Of a DNA stretch of 64,000 bases, positions 34,017 to 45,913 are shown in pieces. The translations under genes and the position numbers were made by a program. The stretch comes from Myxococcota bacterium (GTDB lineage: Bacteria; Myxococcota_A; Bradymonadia; UBA7976; UBA1532): contig JAKLJY010000035.1 of NCBI GenBank assembly GCA_023150895.1, positions 1,301 through 65,300 on the forward strand. Reading direction: 5' to 3'. Each line of letters begins with the position of its first letter. Within the stretch, counting starts at the first letter, position 1. A model generated the notes under the pieces. The model did no database searches and was not told where the DNA came from. It was given only the letters and a program-made list of their open reading frames with translations.

Positions 34017-35893
34017 TGTCCCTGGCCCTGCGGCCCGTGCTGCTCGGCGGGGCCGCACTCGCCCCGCTCTGGGGTTTCGCGGTGCCGCACTACCTGTTGC
34101 TGGACGCCCTGGCCCTCGACGCGGCGCTCCGGGGCGGCCTGCTCGCGGCCGCCGTCGTCCTGGCGTCCGTAGTCGGGGCGTGGTTCGTCCGGGGACGCCT
34201 CGGGTCCGATTGGGCGCCCCATCGCAGCGCGCTGGACCTCGGCGTCCTGGCGACGGCGGGGGCGCTGGCGCTCTGGACACAGGCCGGGACGGACGGGCGT
34301 TTGCCCTACCTGGAGGGCTTCGCCCTGGCGATGCTCAACGTCGCCGCGGGCTGGGGGTGCGCACTGGCGGCCTACGTGCTCATCGCGCGACGGCGGCGGG
34401 CCCGGCCGCCCGAGGTCCCGGCGGCCCTCTCCGCCGGCGAGCTCCCCCGCCCCATGGCCCACCCCTCGATGCGGGCCGTCTTCGTGGCTACCGTGCTTTG
34501 TCTTTCGGTCGCCGCCGCCGTGCTGCTCGGCGTGGGGTCGGTCGGGCGGGCGGCCGGAGCCCGCGGTCGCCAGCTCATCGAGCAAACCGCCGCGCTCGCC
34601 GATCTGGGCACCCGCGTACTGGAGCGCCTGCCGGCGGACGGCGCCGACGAACGACGCCACCTGCTCGAGATTCTCACCACGCACGGCGACGTGTGGGCGG
34701 CGTTGCTGCCCCCGGACGCCCGGCCGGTGCTCCTCTCGGCCCCGGTGACCCGGACCGCCCCGCTCGGCGACGACGCCTGGATCGCGCAGACATCCGAAGG
34801 GCGCTTCTACTTTCTGAGGCGAGCGCTCGGCGGCGACGCGGCCGGCTTCTCTCTGTGGCTGCGGGCCGATCTCGCCGAGACGGGCGCCGTCCTCACCCCG
34901 GACGACGCCCCCGGGCTGCTCCTGATCGCCCTGCTCGTTCTGGTTGCCCCGGCCGCGACGTGGGTCGTGGGGCGCGAGGTCGCGACGGACCTCCGCGCCC
35001 TGACCCTCGCCCTGTCGCGCGCCGCCGAGGCGGGCACTGCGGTCGCGGCCGTGCCCGTCCGCGGGAACGACGACATCGGAGACCTCGCCGCGGCGCTCAA
35101 CGTCACGCTGCGGGCGCGCGAGGCCGAGAATGCGCGCCTCGCCGCCGAGCTCGAGGGCGCCGCCGCCACCGATCGCGCCCGCAGCCGGTTTCTCGCCGGG
35201 GCGAGCCACGAGCTGCGCACGCCGCTGAATGCGATCACGGGGTACTGCCACCTGCTGCGGGGCGAATCGCTCGAGGACGCCCAGCGGGAAGACGTCATGC
35301 TCATCGAGGAGGCGGGGCTCCAGCTGCTCGCCCACGTCGACGAGATCCTGGATCTTTCCCGGATCGAGGCCGGCAAGGACGCCCCGCTCGAGCGCCGTCC
35401 GACCGATCTCGTGGCGCTGGCCCGCCAGGTCTGCCAGGCCCGGGCCACCGACACCGGGCGAGACGTCACGCTCGGGATGCAAGCCGCACCGGACGTGCCC
35501 GTCCTGTCCGTGGACCCGTTGCGCATCCGGCAGACGCTCGAGAATCTGGTCGGCAACGCCCTGAAGTTCACCCGCCGAGGGCATGTCCAGGTGACGGTCG
35601 CGCCAGAGGCCGGCGGCGGCGTGCACATCCAGGTCTCGGACACCGGGCCGGGCATTCCCGCGGACGAACTGGAGTCCATCTTCTCCGAGTTCCATCGAGT
35701 GGAGGGTCAGCGCCAGGTGGCGGGCACGGGCCTCGGGCTGGCCATCGCACGGCGGTTCGTGGTCCAGCACGACGGACGCCTCTATGCCGAGTCCGTGCTC
35801 GGTCAGGGATCCGTCTTTCACCTGCACCTGCCGGCCGAGACGACGAAGACCGAGTCGACGGCCGCAAACCGCGCCGATGGAGACCGCGCGTGA
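34016..35893 (+). CDS. membrane HAMP-domain sensor histidine kinase
   Basis: Multiple TM helices, HAMP (DDIGDLAAALN), SHELRTPLN, NLVGNALKF, DTGPGI, GTGLGL. Confidence 0.9.
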   Translation: MSLALRPVLLGGAALAPLWGFAVPHYLLLDALALDAALRGGLLAAAVVLASVVGAWFVRGRLGSDWAPHRSALDLGVLATAGALALWTQAGTDGRLPYLEGFALAMLNVAAGWGCALAAYVLIARRRRARPPEVPAALSAGELPRPMAHPSMRAVFVATVLCLSVAAAVLLGVGSVGRAAGARGRQLIEQTAALADLGTRVLERLPADGADERRHLLEILTTHGDVWAALLPPDARPVLLSAPVTRTAPLGDDAWIAQTSEGRFYFLRRALGGDAAGFSLWLRADLAETGAVLTPDDAPGLLLIALLVLVAPAATWVVGREVATDLRALTLALSRAAEAGTAVAAVPVRGNDDIGDLAAALNVTLRAREAENARLAAELEGAAATDRARSRFLAGASHELRTPLNAITGYCHLLRGESLEDAQREDVMLIEEAGLQLLAHVDEILDLSRIEAGKDAPLERRPTDLVALARQVCQARATDTGRDVTLGMQAAPDVPVLSVDPLRIRQTLENLVGNALKFTRRGHVQVTVAPEAGGGVHIQVSDTGPGIPADELESIFSEFHRVEGQRQVAGTGLGLAIARRFVVQHDGRLYAESVLGQGSVFHLHLPAETTKTESTAANRADGDRA

Positions 35894-37683
35894 GCGCCCC
35901 GCTGGTCCGCCGCGTCGCGCTCGGCGTCGGGGCCATCTACGCCGCGGGGACGGCTCTGGCCGTCCAATGCGTGCCCTTCATCATCGAGCTGGAGTCGGCG
36001 GCGAGCGCGTGGGTCCGCGGCCTGTCCGCCTACGGGCTGCTGATGGTGGCCCTCCTCCTCCGGCAGACGTCGACCGGGCTCGCGCCCCTGACGTCTCACC
36101 CGCCCGGAGCCGATGCCCGACGACGGGCCGCCCACGACCTGCCCTTCACGCTCGCCCGTCTGGCGTTCGTCGCGGCCGTGCTCGGTGGCGCCCTGACCTG
36201 GCCTTATCTGACGCGATTCTCCGCGCTGACGCTGCCGCAGGCGCTCGCGGGCGCGGTGACGACCTACCTGCTCCTCGCACTGCCCGTGATCTTCATCTAC
36301 GACGTCGCACGGCGCCTCCTGCGGGACGAAGCCGCCGGCGAGGGGGCGCTGCCCGACGCGTTGCGGCAACCCCTGGGGCTCCGCGTCGCGCTCGCCGTCC
36401 AACTCCCCATCATCGTCTGCATGGCCGGCCTGGTGCTCGTCGAGCAGTCGAACGCGCAGCGCCACAGCCGGGACGTCAACACGTTCTTCGAGCGTCAGTA
36501 CACGCAGGTCCTCGCGCGGGCGCTCACGACGCTGCCGGACGTCGAGGATCGCCACGCGGTCTTCGCGGCCATTGAGCCGCCCCCGGGGATCACCCTCTAC
36601 ACGGACCCGGAGGCGAGCGCACCGGACGTGCCCGGCGCCGCCGTCGGCGTCGTCGTCGATCCCGACCGCCCGCGCCCGCTGACACTGCGGCTCCCCCCCC
36701 TCGTCCTCTTCGCCGCCGTCGCGCTGTTCGCGGCGCTCCTCGGCCGCTGGCTGGCCCGGGAGGTCACCGCCGAGGTGGCGGCCGCGCGGCAGGTGCTGCT
36801 GGCGCTGCAACGCCCCGATCCCCCGCCCCCGACGCACCCGGCGGGCACGACCATGGCCGAGACGACCGCCCTCGTCGGCGCCTGGCGGGCGACGCTCGAG
36901 GGTTTCCGGGCCCGCCGCGACGCGCTCGACCGCGCGACGCACGCCCGCCGCGCCGCCGAGCAGGCCAAGGCGCGGTTCCTCGCCCACCTGAGCCACGAAC
37001 TGAAGAGCCCCCTCAACACCATCCTCGGGTTCTCGGAGATCCTGCTGACCGGCCTCGACGGCCCGCTGACCCCCCGTCAGCGCGAGCGCCTCGGCATCCT
37101 GTGGCGCGCCGGGGAGGGCCTGTTGCGGTTCATCCTCTCGCTGCTCGACCTGGCACGCCTCGATGCCGCCGACGCGACGGTCGCGACGGACGTCGGCGCG
37201 AGCCGCGTCGATGCGGAGGACCTGGCGGCGGCCGTGCGGGAGCAATGGCGCACCGATCCCGAAGGCGGCATCCGCCTCGAGATTGCTATCGCCGACGACG
37301 CGCGCGACGCCTCGAGCCTCTGCGAACGCAGCCGCACCGCACGGGCCCTCGTGTTGTGCGCGGGGACACTCCTCGACGCCGTCGAGACGGGCACCGCCCG
37401 CGTCACGATTGCGCGCCTCCCGGGCGGGACGCCGGCCACGCCGGGCGGCCTGCGGTGCACGGTGTCCCTCGGCGACCACCGCGCGGAGCCGGCGGACGCG
37501 CGTCGTCTCGCCCTTCAGGTCGATCCGCGCGGCACGGGCCAGCGGATGAGCGCCGCCGCAACGGCCCTTGCGCTCGTCTCGCGCATCGTCGCGCTGCAGG
37601 CCGGGCGACTGGCCGTCGAACTGCCGGGGACCCCGGATGGTGGAGCCCCGTGGCCGCGTTACATCATCGACCTGCCCGCCTGA
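35890..37683 (+). CDS. membrane histidine-kinase-like protein with an intact H-box and a degenerate ATPase domain
   Basis: GTGA overlap with the previous gene; FLAHLSHELKSPLN present; N, G1, F and G2 boxes not recognisable. Confidence 0.75.
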   Translation: MSAPLVRRVALGVGAIYAAGTALAVQCVPFIIELESAASAWVRGLSAYGLLMVALLLRQTSTGLAPLTSHPPGADARRRAAHDLPFTLARLAFVAAVLGGALTWPYLTRFSALTLPQALAGAVTTYLLLALPVIFIYDVARRLLRDEAAGEGALPDALRQPLGLRVALAVQLPIIVCMAGLVLVEQSNAQRHSRDVNTFFERQYTQVLARALTTLPDVEDRHAVFAAIEPPPGITLYTDPEASAPDVPGAAVGVVVDPDRPRPLTLRLPPLVLFAAVALFAALLGRWLAREVTAEVAAARQVLLALQRPDPPPPTHPAGTTMAETTALVGAWRATLEGFRARRDALDRATHARRAAEQAKARFLAHLSHELKSPLNTILGFSEILLTGLDGPLTPRQRERLGILWRAGEGLLRFILSLLDLARLDAADATVATDVGASRVDAEDLAAAVREQWRTDPEGGIRLEIAIADDARDASSLCERSRTARALVLCAGTLLDAVETGTARVTIARLPGGTPATPGGLRCTVSLGDHRAEPADARRLALQVDPRGTGQRMSAAATALALVSRIVALQAGRLAVELPGTPDGGAPWPRYIIDLPA

Positions 37684-37768
37684 CACCACGCCCGGCCGCG
37701 GCGCGGTCCATGCCCTGCGGGAGAAAGCTTTGCGCGCCCGACCGGGGTGCCCCACAATCCGTCCGCCC

Positions 37769-38707
37769 ATGCACGCCCCCGCCCTGATCCAACTGCGCCA
37801 GAGCCTCAACGACGTCGTCCGCGGCAAACCCGAGGTCGTCGATCTCGCCCTGATCGCCGCGCTCGCCCGGGGCCACGTCCTGCTCGAGGACGTCCCCGGG
37901 GTCGGCAAGACCACCCTGGCGCAAGCCCTCGCCCGCGGCCTCGGCTGCACCTTCAAGCGCATCCAGTTCACGAGCGACCTGCTGCCCGGCGACATCCTCG
38001 GCGTGAACATCTTCGTGCAGCAGCGCGGGGCCTTCGAGTTCAAGCCCGGGCCCGTCTTCGCCAACGTCGTCCTCGCCGACGAGATCAACCGCACGACGCC
38101 GAAGACGCAGTCGAGCCTGCTCGAGGCCATGAACGAAGGGCAGGTCTCCATCGACGACGAGACGCGACCCCTGCCCGATCCGTTCATCGTGGTGGCCACG
38201 CAGAACCCGCAGGAGTACCACGGCACCTATCCGCTGCCCGAGAGCCAGATGGACCGTTTCATGGTCCGGCTGCGCATGGGCTACCCCGCCGTGGCCATCG
38301 AACGGGAGATCCTGCAGGGTCGCCGGGGCCCCCCCCCGGTCCAGACGATGGCCCCGGTGCTCGATCCGGCGCGCCTGCGCGCCCTGCAGGCCGAGGTCGA
38401 CGCGGTACGGGTCGACGATCTGGTGCTCGACTACCTGCTCCAGATCGTCCACGCCACGCGACGGGCCCCGGCCGTGCTGCTCGGCGCGTCCACCCGCGGC
38501 GCCCTCGCACTGCAACAGGCCTGCCGGGCCCGCGCATTTCTGGAGGGGCGCCGGTTCGTCCTGCCCGACGACGTCAAGGCGCTCGCGCGGGCCGTATTGG
38601 CGCACCGGCTCGTCATGGCCGACGAGGTCGATCCCCTGATCCGGGGACGCGACGAGGCGGAGCGCACCATCGGCGAGATTCTCGAACAGCTTCCCGTGCC
38701 GGTCTGA
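37769..38707 (+). CDS. moxR: MoxR family AAA+ ATPase (canonical MoxR-proper type)
   Basis: EDVPGVGKT, RIQFTSDLLPGD, LADEINR, ATQNP, GTYPLPE.QMDRF, GASTR. Confidence 0.92.
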   Translation: MHAPALIQLRQSLNDVVRGKPEVVDLALIAALARGHVLLEDVPGVGKTTLAQALARGLGCTFKRIQFTSDLLPGDILGVNIFVQQRGAFEFKPGPVFANVVLADEINRTTPKTQSSLLEAMNEGQVSIDDETRPLPDPFIVVATQNPQEYHGTYPLPESQMDRFMVRLRMGYPAVAIEREILQGRRGPPPVQTMAPVLDPARLRALQAEVDAVRVDDLVLDYLLQIVHATRRAPAVLLGASTRGALALQQACRARAFLEGRRFVLPDDVKALARAVLAHRLVMADEVDPLIRGRDEAERTIGEILEQLPVPV

Positions 38708-38730
38708 GGCGAAGCGGCGGGTCCGCCCTC

Positions 38731-39867
38731 TCAGTCGATGAGGTCCCGCAGCTTGTCGAGCAGGGACTTCTTTTCTTTGTGCGCCGTGCCGGCTCTGCCG
38801 GCCTCGGCCTCCGCGATCGACTGAAGCTCCTCGAAGAGCTCGCGCTCGCGGGGCGTGAGCCGCGTCGGCGTCTCGATGGCCAGGGTGACGAGCTGGTCGC
38901 CGCGGCCGAGACCACGCAGATCGTAGATGCCCTTGCCCTTCAGGCGCACGACGGTGCCGGACTGCGTCCCCGGGGCGACCTTGACCTTGACCTGCCCCTC
39001 GAGCGTCGGCACGTCGAGCTGGGTACCGAGGGCCGCCTGCGCGAAGGTGATCGGCACCTCGCAGAGCAAGTCGCGCCCGTCCCGGCGGAAGAACGGGTGG
39101 GGTTTGATGACGATCTCGACGTAGAGGTCGCCCGGGCTGCCGTTCTGCCGGCCGGGCTCCCCCTCACCTTCGATGCGAATCCGTTGCCCGGTGTCGATGC
39201 CGGCGGGCACCTTGAGCCGGCGCCGGGTCTCCTCCGGTGCGAGCCCCTTGCCCCGGCAGGTGCTGCACGGGCTCGGGATGAGAACGCCGCTGCCCGCACA
39301 CTTCGGGCAGGGCTGGACCATTTGCAGGAAGCCCATCTGGACACGAATCTGGCCACCGCCGCGGCAGGCCTCGCAGCGCACGGGCTGCGTGCCCGGTTTG
39401 GCCCCCGTGCCCCCGCACGGTGCGCACCGCGCGGGCCGCGCGTAGACGACCTCCTTTTCGGCCCCGGCGCCGGCCTCCTCGAGGGTGACCTCGAGGCGGA
39501 CCTGGAGATCGCGCCCGTGGTGAATGTTCGCCCGCGCGAAGAAGCTGCCGAAGAGCTCGTCGAAGACGTCGCCGAAGACGTCCCGCAGGTGGTTGGGGTC
39601 GAGCCGGACGCCGCCCGAGCCGGCGAAGGGGTCGCCGCCCGCCGGCAGATCGTTGCCGAAGCGGTCGTAGTGCGCGCGCTTGTCCGGATCCGACAGCACG
39701 GCGTAGGCCTGACTGATCTCCTTGAACTTCTCTTCCGCCGCACGGTCCCCCGGATTCTTGTCCGGGTGGAACTTCATCGCGAGGCGGCGATAGGCCTTCT
39801 TCAGTGTCTCCGCGTCGGCGTCGCGCGCGACCTCGAGGAGCTCGTAGTAGTCTTGCTTCTGGCTCAC
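38731..39867 (-). CDS. dnaJ: chaperone DnaJ
   Basis: J-domain with HPD, four CxxCxGxG repeats, C-terminal domain. Confidence 0.96.
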   Translation of the reverse strand: MSQKQDYYELLEVARDADAETLKKAYRRLAMKFHPDKNPGDRAAEEKFKEISQAYAVLSDPDKRAHYDRFGNDLPAGGDPFAGSGGVRLDPNHLRDVFGDVFDELFGSFFARANIHHGRDLQVRLEVTLEEAGAGAEKEVVYARPARCAPCGGTGAKPGTQPVRCEACRGGGQIRVQMGFLQMVQPCPKCAGSGVLIPSPCSTCRGKGLAPEETRRRLKVPAGIDTGQRIRIEGEGEPGRQNGSPGDLYVEIVIKPHPFFRRDGRDLLCEVPITFAQAALGTQLDVPTLEGQVKVKVAPGTQSGTVVRLKGKGIYDLRGLGRGDQLVTLAIETPTRLTPRERELFEELQSIAEAEAGRAGTAHKEKKSLLDKLRDLID

Positions 39868-39934
39868 GGGGTCTTCGGGCTACGGACGAGAGGTCAGCGG
39901 GCGGATACCCGGAGAGGCGGACGACCGGGCGGGC

Positions 39935-41764
<1,830 letters not shown>

Positions 41765-41790
41765 GGTGCCCCCCGCCCCCCCGCGGGGAC

Positions 41791-42408
41791 TCAGTGCTCT
41801 TCGCCGCCGACGGCCGCGGTCTCGACGGTGTCGGGGCTGTCGCCGCCCCCGGGCTCCCCGGTGGCGATGACGACCATGGCCGGCCGCACGAGGCGATCGT
41901 GGAGCATCCAGCCACGCTGGTAGACCTCGATGACGGTGCCCGCTTCGGCGCCCGCGCGGGGCATCTGGGACATCGCCTCGTGGAACTGCGGGTCGAACTG
42001 CTCGCCCTTCGGGTCGAACGGTTTGGCGCCGTGTTTCTCGAGCGCGCCCATGTACTGCTTGGCGATCATCGCCACCCCGTCGGCCAGTGCGCCCCCCGAC
42101 GCGCCGGCATGCGAGAGGGCCCGCTCGAGGTTGTCCGCCACCGGGATGAGGTCCTTCAGGACGCCCTCGATGGCGTACTTTCGCAGCTCGTCGCGCTCTT
42201 TGAGCGCCCGCTTGCGGAAATTGTCGAGATCCGCCGCGCCCCGATAGGCCCGACTGCGCCACTCCTCGACCTCTTTGCCGAGGGTCTCGATCTCCTTGTT
42301 GAGCGCGGAGATCTCCTGCTCGACCAGCGGTTCGCGCGGCTCGGCCGCCTCGCCGGTCGTGGTGGGCAGGGCGCCCTCCTCGGTCACGTTCTTCTGCTCT
42401 TCCGACAC
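41791..42408 (-). CDS. grpE: nucleotide exchange factor GrpE
   Basis: [29 protein letters not shown]; GTG start with RBS GAGGAG. Confidence 0.93.
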   Translation of the reverse strand: MSEEQKNVTEEGALPTTTGEAAEPREPLVEQEISALNKEIETLGKEVEEWRSRAYRGAADLDNFRKRALKERDELRKYAIEGVLKDLIPVADNLERALSHAGASGGALADGVAMIAKQYMGALEKHGAKPFDPKGEQFDPQFHEAMSQMPRAGAEAGTVIEVYQRGWMLHDRLVRPAMVVIATGEPGGGDSPDTVETAAVGGEEH

Positions 42409-42443
42409 ACGTCCTCCTCGACGATACCGATCCGGGACGACCC

Positions 42444-43526
42444 TCAGGCCGCGTCCGCGCCGCGCAGAATACCGCTGATCGCTCGGGCCGTATAGGTTAC
42501 GAGCGGGATGACCCGCGCGTACTCCATCCGCAGGGGGCCGACGATGCCGACGGTGCCGCCCGGGCTCGCCCCGACGAAGTAGGGGGCGGCCACCACGGAG
42601 CAGACGCGCAGGCCATGGGCCGCGGCGTCGTCGCCGAGCAGCACCTGAACGCCGTCGGCCGCGACCAGGGCGTCGAGCAGATCGCGCAGGCGGCGCTTGT
42701 CGTCGAGCACGCGGAGCATGTCGCCGAGCTGCTCCGGGCTCGGGGCGCGATCGACGATGTGCGTGCGGCCGCAGACGTAGACGGCCTCGTCCGGCGGATC
42801 GGCCTCGGGCAGCGCCTGCTCGCCGAGCGCCCGCGTCCGGGCGTCGAGGCCGGCCTCGCACTCGCCGTGCAGCCGCTCGCGCGCCTCGGCGACGGTGAGC
42901 CCGGCGAGAGTCTCCGCAAACAGGTTCTGGACGCGCTCGAGCTCGGCGGGCGAGGCGTCGCTCTCCAGGACCCGGTGGCGCACGACCGCGTCGGTGAAGA
43001 TGGCCACCGCCAGCACGCGCCCGCCACCGATCGCGACGAGGCGCAGACCTTCGATCCGCAGGGCATCGACCCGCGGCCTTCGCGCCAGTGCGGCGAGCTC
43101 GCAGCGCTCGGCGAGATGCTCGGACGCCGCGCGGACGATGTCGTTGGGCAACGGGCCGGCGCCGCGAAGGACGGCATCGATCTCGCCACGGGCCCGCGGC
43201 GAAGGCGGCCGCGCCCGCATGAGCGCCGAGACGTAGACCCGCAGGCCCCGCTCGGTGGGTACCCGCCCGGCGGAGGTGTGCGGCTGCGACAGCAGGCCCT
43301 GATCGGCGAGCTCGCTCAGCACGACCCGGGCCGTCGCCGCGCTCATGTGTCCGGCCGCGTGCTCGGCGATGACGTGGGACCCGACCGGTTCGCCGGAACG
43401 CAGGTACGCGTCGACGACCTCGCGCAGGACCTCGGCGGCGCGGGGACGCAGGGCAAGGGGGACCAGGTCGCGGAGATCGCCCGAATCGGGGGCGCGGAGG
43501 GGGTGGCGCTGCACGGGAGACGACAT
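42444..43526 (-). CDS. hrcA: heat-inducible transcription repressor HrcA
   Basis: [26 protein letters not shown] and GIVGP.RM.Y motifs; lies upstream of grpE. Confidence 0.93.
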   Translation of the reverse strand: MSSPVQRHPLRAPDSGDLRDLVPLALRPRAAEVLREVVDAYLRSGEPVGSHVIAEHAAGHMSAATARVVLSELADQGLLSQPHTSAGRVPTERGLRVYVSALMRARPPSPRARGEIDAVLRGAGPLPNDIVRAASEHLAERCELAALARRPRVDALRIEGLRLVAIGGGRVLAVAIFTDAVVRHRVLESDASPAELERVQNLFAETLAGLTVAEARERLHGECEAGLDARTRALGEQALPEADPPDEAVYVCGRTHIVDRAPSPEQLGDMLRVLDDKRRLRDLLDALVAADGVQVLLGDDAAAHGLRVCSVVAAPYFVGASPGGTVGIVGPLRMEYARVIPLVTYTARAISGILRGADAA

Positions 43527-43551
43527 TAGACACGCCCCGGATCCCTGTCAA
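43523..43551 (-). promoter_or_regulatory. putative sigma-70 promoter of hrcA-grpE-dnaK-dnaJ
   Basis: TTGACA (43551-43546), 17-nt spacer, TAATGT (43528-43523). Confidence 0.55.
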
Positions 43552-43624
43552 CCGGTCGCGTTGGCCCCAATTGCGCCCGAAACGTCTTTTGTTTCGCGAT
43601 GTTCTGGGGCTTGCCGCGTGGCGG

Positions 43625-44800
43625 TCAGCCGCAGAGCTCCGCGACGACCTGATTCAGCACCAGACGGCCCGCCTCCGTGAGCCGCCAGCGCCCCTCGCCG
43701 GGCGACCGCACGAGGAGGCCACGCGCTTCGAGGCGCGCCGCATTGGCCCCGAAAGCCGCCTCGAGCGCGGCATCGACGGGCAGCCCCGCATCGAGCCGCA
43801 GCCCCGTCAGCGCCCGCTCGTCGAGCAGCGCCGTCGCGTCGAGGCGTTCTTCGGCGCGGACGCCGGGGCGTCCGGCCAGGGCGGCCGCCATGTAGCGCCC
43901 GGCGTGGCGTTCGTTCTCCCAGCGCACGCCGCCGCCGTCGTCCGGGCAGTGCCGGAACCCGTGCGCCCCCGCCCCGAGCGCCAGGTACTCGTCCATCGTC
44001 CAGTAGAGCATGTTGTGGACCGCCTCGCGCCCCGGCCGCGCGGCGTTGCTGATCTCGTACGGCTCGATGCCCGCCGCCCGCAACGCGCGCCGCGTCGCCT
44101 CGTAGACGAGCACCTGCGTGTCCTCGTCCGCCGTCAGGACCTCGCCGCGATCGGCCCGGGCGCCGAAGGGCGTTCGCGGGTGGATGGTCAGCTCGTAGGT
44201 GCTCACGTGTTCCGGCCCGAGCGCGACGACCGCCGCGACGTCCGCGAGCGCCGCGGCGAGCGACTGCCCCGCGACGGCCTGAATGAGGTCGAGGCTCAGA
44301 TTGTCGAAGCCCGCCGCGCGGGCGGCGTCGACGCAGCGGCGGTTGTCGTCCGGGGTGTTCCGCCGCCCGAGGCGCGCCAGCAGTGCCGCATCGAAGGACT
44401 GGGTGCCCAACGAGAGCCGGTTGACCCCCGCGGCGCGCAGGGCCCGCAGGCCGGCCGCGTCGATCTCGCCGGGGTTGGCTTCGACGGTGATCTCCGCCCC
44501 CCGCACCAGCCCGAGGCGAGCGTCCACGGCTTCGATGACCGCCGCGATGTCCGATGCCGGCCAGAGCGCGGGGGTGCCCCCCCCGAAGTAGAGGCTGACC
44601 GCCGGCGGGCGGCCCGGGTAGTCGGCGGCCCGCACCGCGAGTTCCGCAAGCACCGCGTCCCGGTAGCGGGCGTCCGGCCGTCCCTCGGGGCCGGGCTGAA
44701 CGACGTTGAAGTCGCAGTACGGGCACCGCTGGGCGCAGTACGGATAGTGGACGTACACGCCGAGGCGCGGGGCCGCGCCGGGCGGCGAGGGCGGCCTCAC
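43625..44800 (-). CDS. hemW: radical SAM heme chaperone HemW
   Basis: YVHYPYC...CPYCDFN, YFGGGTP, EANP and HNxxYW signature; usual position upstream of hrcA. Confidence 0.9.
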   Translation of the reverse strand: MRPPSPPGAAPRLGVYVHYPYCAQRCPYCDFNVVQPGPEGRPDARYRDAVLAELAVRAADYPGRPPAVSLYFGGGTPALWPASDIAAVIEAVDARLGLVRGAEITVEANPGEIDAAGLRALRAAGVNRLSLGTQSFDAALLARLGRRNTPDDNRRCVDAARAAGFDNLSLDLIQAVAGQSLAAALADVAAVVALGPEHVSTYELTIHPRTPFGARADRGEVLTADEDTQVLVYEATRRALRAAGIEPYEISNAARPGREAVHNMLYWTMDEYLALGAGAHGFRHCPDDGGGVRWENERHAGRYMAAALAGRPGVRAEERLDATALLDERALTGLRLDAGLPVDAALEAAFGANAARLEARGLLVRSPGEGRWRLTEAGRLVLNQVVAELCG

Positions 44801-45825
44801 CAGGTGCCGTCGAAGCCCTGGATGAACGAGTAGGGGTAGTCCAGCGGCAGGGCGCTGACCGCGTCGAGCCGGGCCCGCGCTTCCGGGGGAAGAACGAGCG
44901 TCGCCGCTTTGAGGTTGTCGTCGAGCTGCTCGACGCTCCGCACGCCGATGATGACCGAACTCACCGCCGGCCGGTCGCGGACCCACGCCAACGCAACGGC
45001 CGCGGGCGTCGTGTTCAGTTCGGCGGCGACGTGGCGCAGGGTCTCGACGATGCGCCAGTTGCGATCGGCCTGGTCGAGGCCCTTGAGGCGGTCCTGCCAC
45101 TTGGCGAGCCGGGTGCCGGTCGGGGCGTCTTCGCCCCGGTGGTATTTGCCCGAGAGCAGACCGCCGGCCAACGGCGACCAGGGCAGAAGCCCCATCCCGC
45201 TGCGCTCCATGTAAGGGATGTGCTCCCGCTCCAGCGACCGCACGATCAGGCTGTACTCGGCCTGCAACGTCGCGAACGGGTGCAGGTTGCGCTTGTCGGC
45301 GACCCAGTCGGCCTGAACGAGGCGGTAGGCCGCATAGTTGCTGCAGCCGGTGTAGAGAACCTTGCCCTGATGGACCAGGTCGTCGAGCGCGCGCAGGACC
45401 TCTTCCTCGGGCGTGTCCTTGTCCTGCATGTGGATCTGATAGAGGTCGATGTAATCGGTGTGCAGGCGTCGCAGGCTGGCTTCGCAGGCCAGCATGATGC
45501 GGCGGCGGCTCGCCCCGCTGCCGAGCGGCCCCTGGTGCATGCGGAAGCGGCACTTCGTCGCCAGCACCCAGTCCGTGCGGCGACCGTTGCGCACGAACCA
45601 CTCGCCGATGACCCGCTCGCTGAGGCCGTCGTTGCCGTAGACGTCGGCCGTGTCGATGAAGTTCACGCCGGCGTCGAGGGCGCGACCCATCATGGCCCAG
45701 CTCGTCTCGCTCGAGGCGGCGATGCCGTGCATGAACGACGACTCGGTGGGTTCGCCGAACGTCATCGCACCGAGGCAGAGGTTGGAGACGCGAGTGCCGG
45801 TGCGGCCGAGGCGACGGTATTCCAT
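44797..45825 (-). CDS. aldo/keto reductase
   Basis: LCLGAMTFG, DTADVY, ATK, DLYQIH, PWSPLAGG and IIG motifs. Confidence 0.95.
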   Translation of the reverse strand: MEYRRLGRTGTRVSNLCLGAMTFGEPTESSFMHGIAASSETSWAMMGRALDAGVNFIDTADVYGNDGLSERVIGEWFVRNGRRTDWVLATKCRFRMHQGPLGSGASRRRIMLACEASLRRLHTDYIDLYQIHMQDKDTPEEEVLRALDDLVHQGKVLYTGCSNYAAYRLVQADWVADKRNLHPFATLQAEYSLIVRSLEREHIPYMERSGMGLLPWSPLAGGLLSGKYHRGEDAPTGTRLAKWQDRLKGLDQADRNWRIVETLRHVAAELNTTPAAVALAWVRDRPAVSSVIIGVRSVEQLDDNLKAATLVLPPEARARLDAVSALPLDYPYSFIQGFDGTW

Positions 45826-45913
45826 GGATTCTCCGGGGGCGGGTTTCTCGCTTCGATACCTGCAGGCGCGCGCGAATGCAACCGCGCGTCCGATTGGGGT
45901 AGATTGCGCCGCC

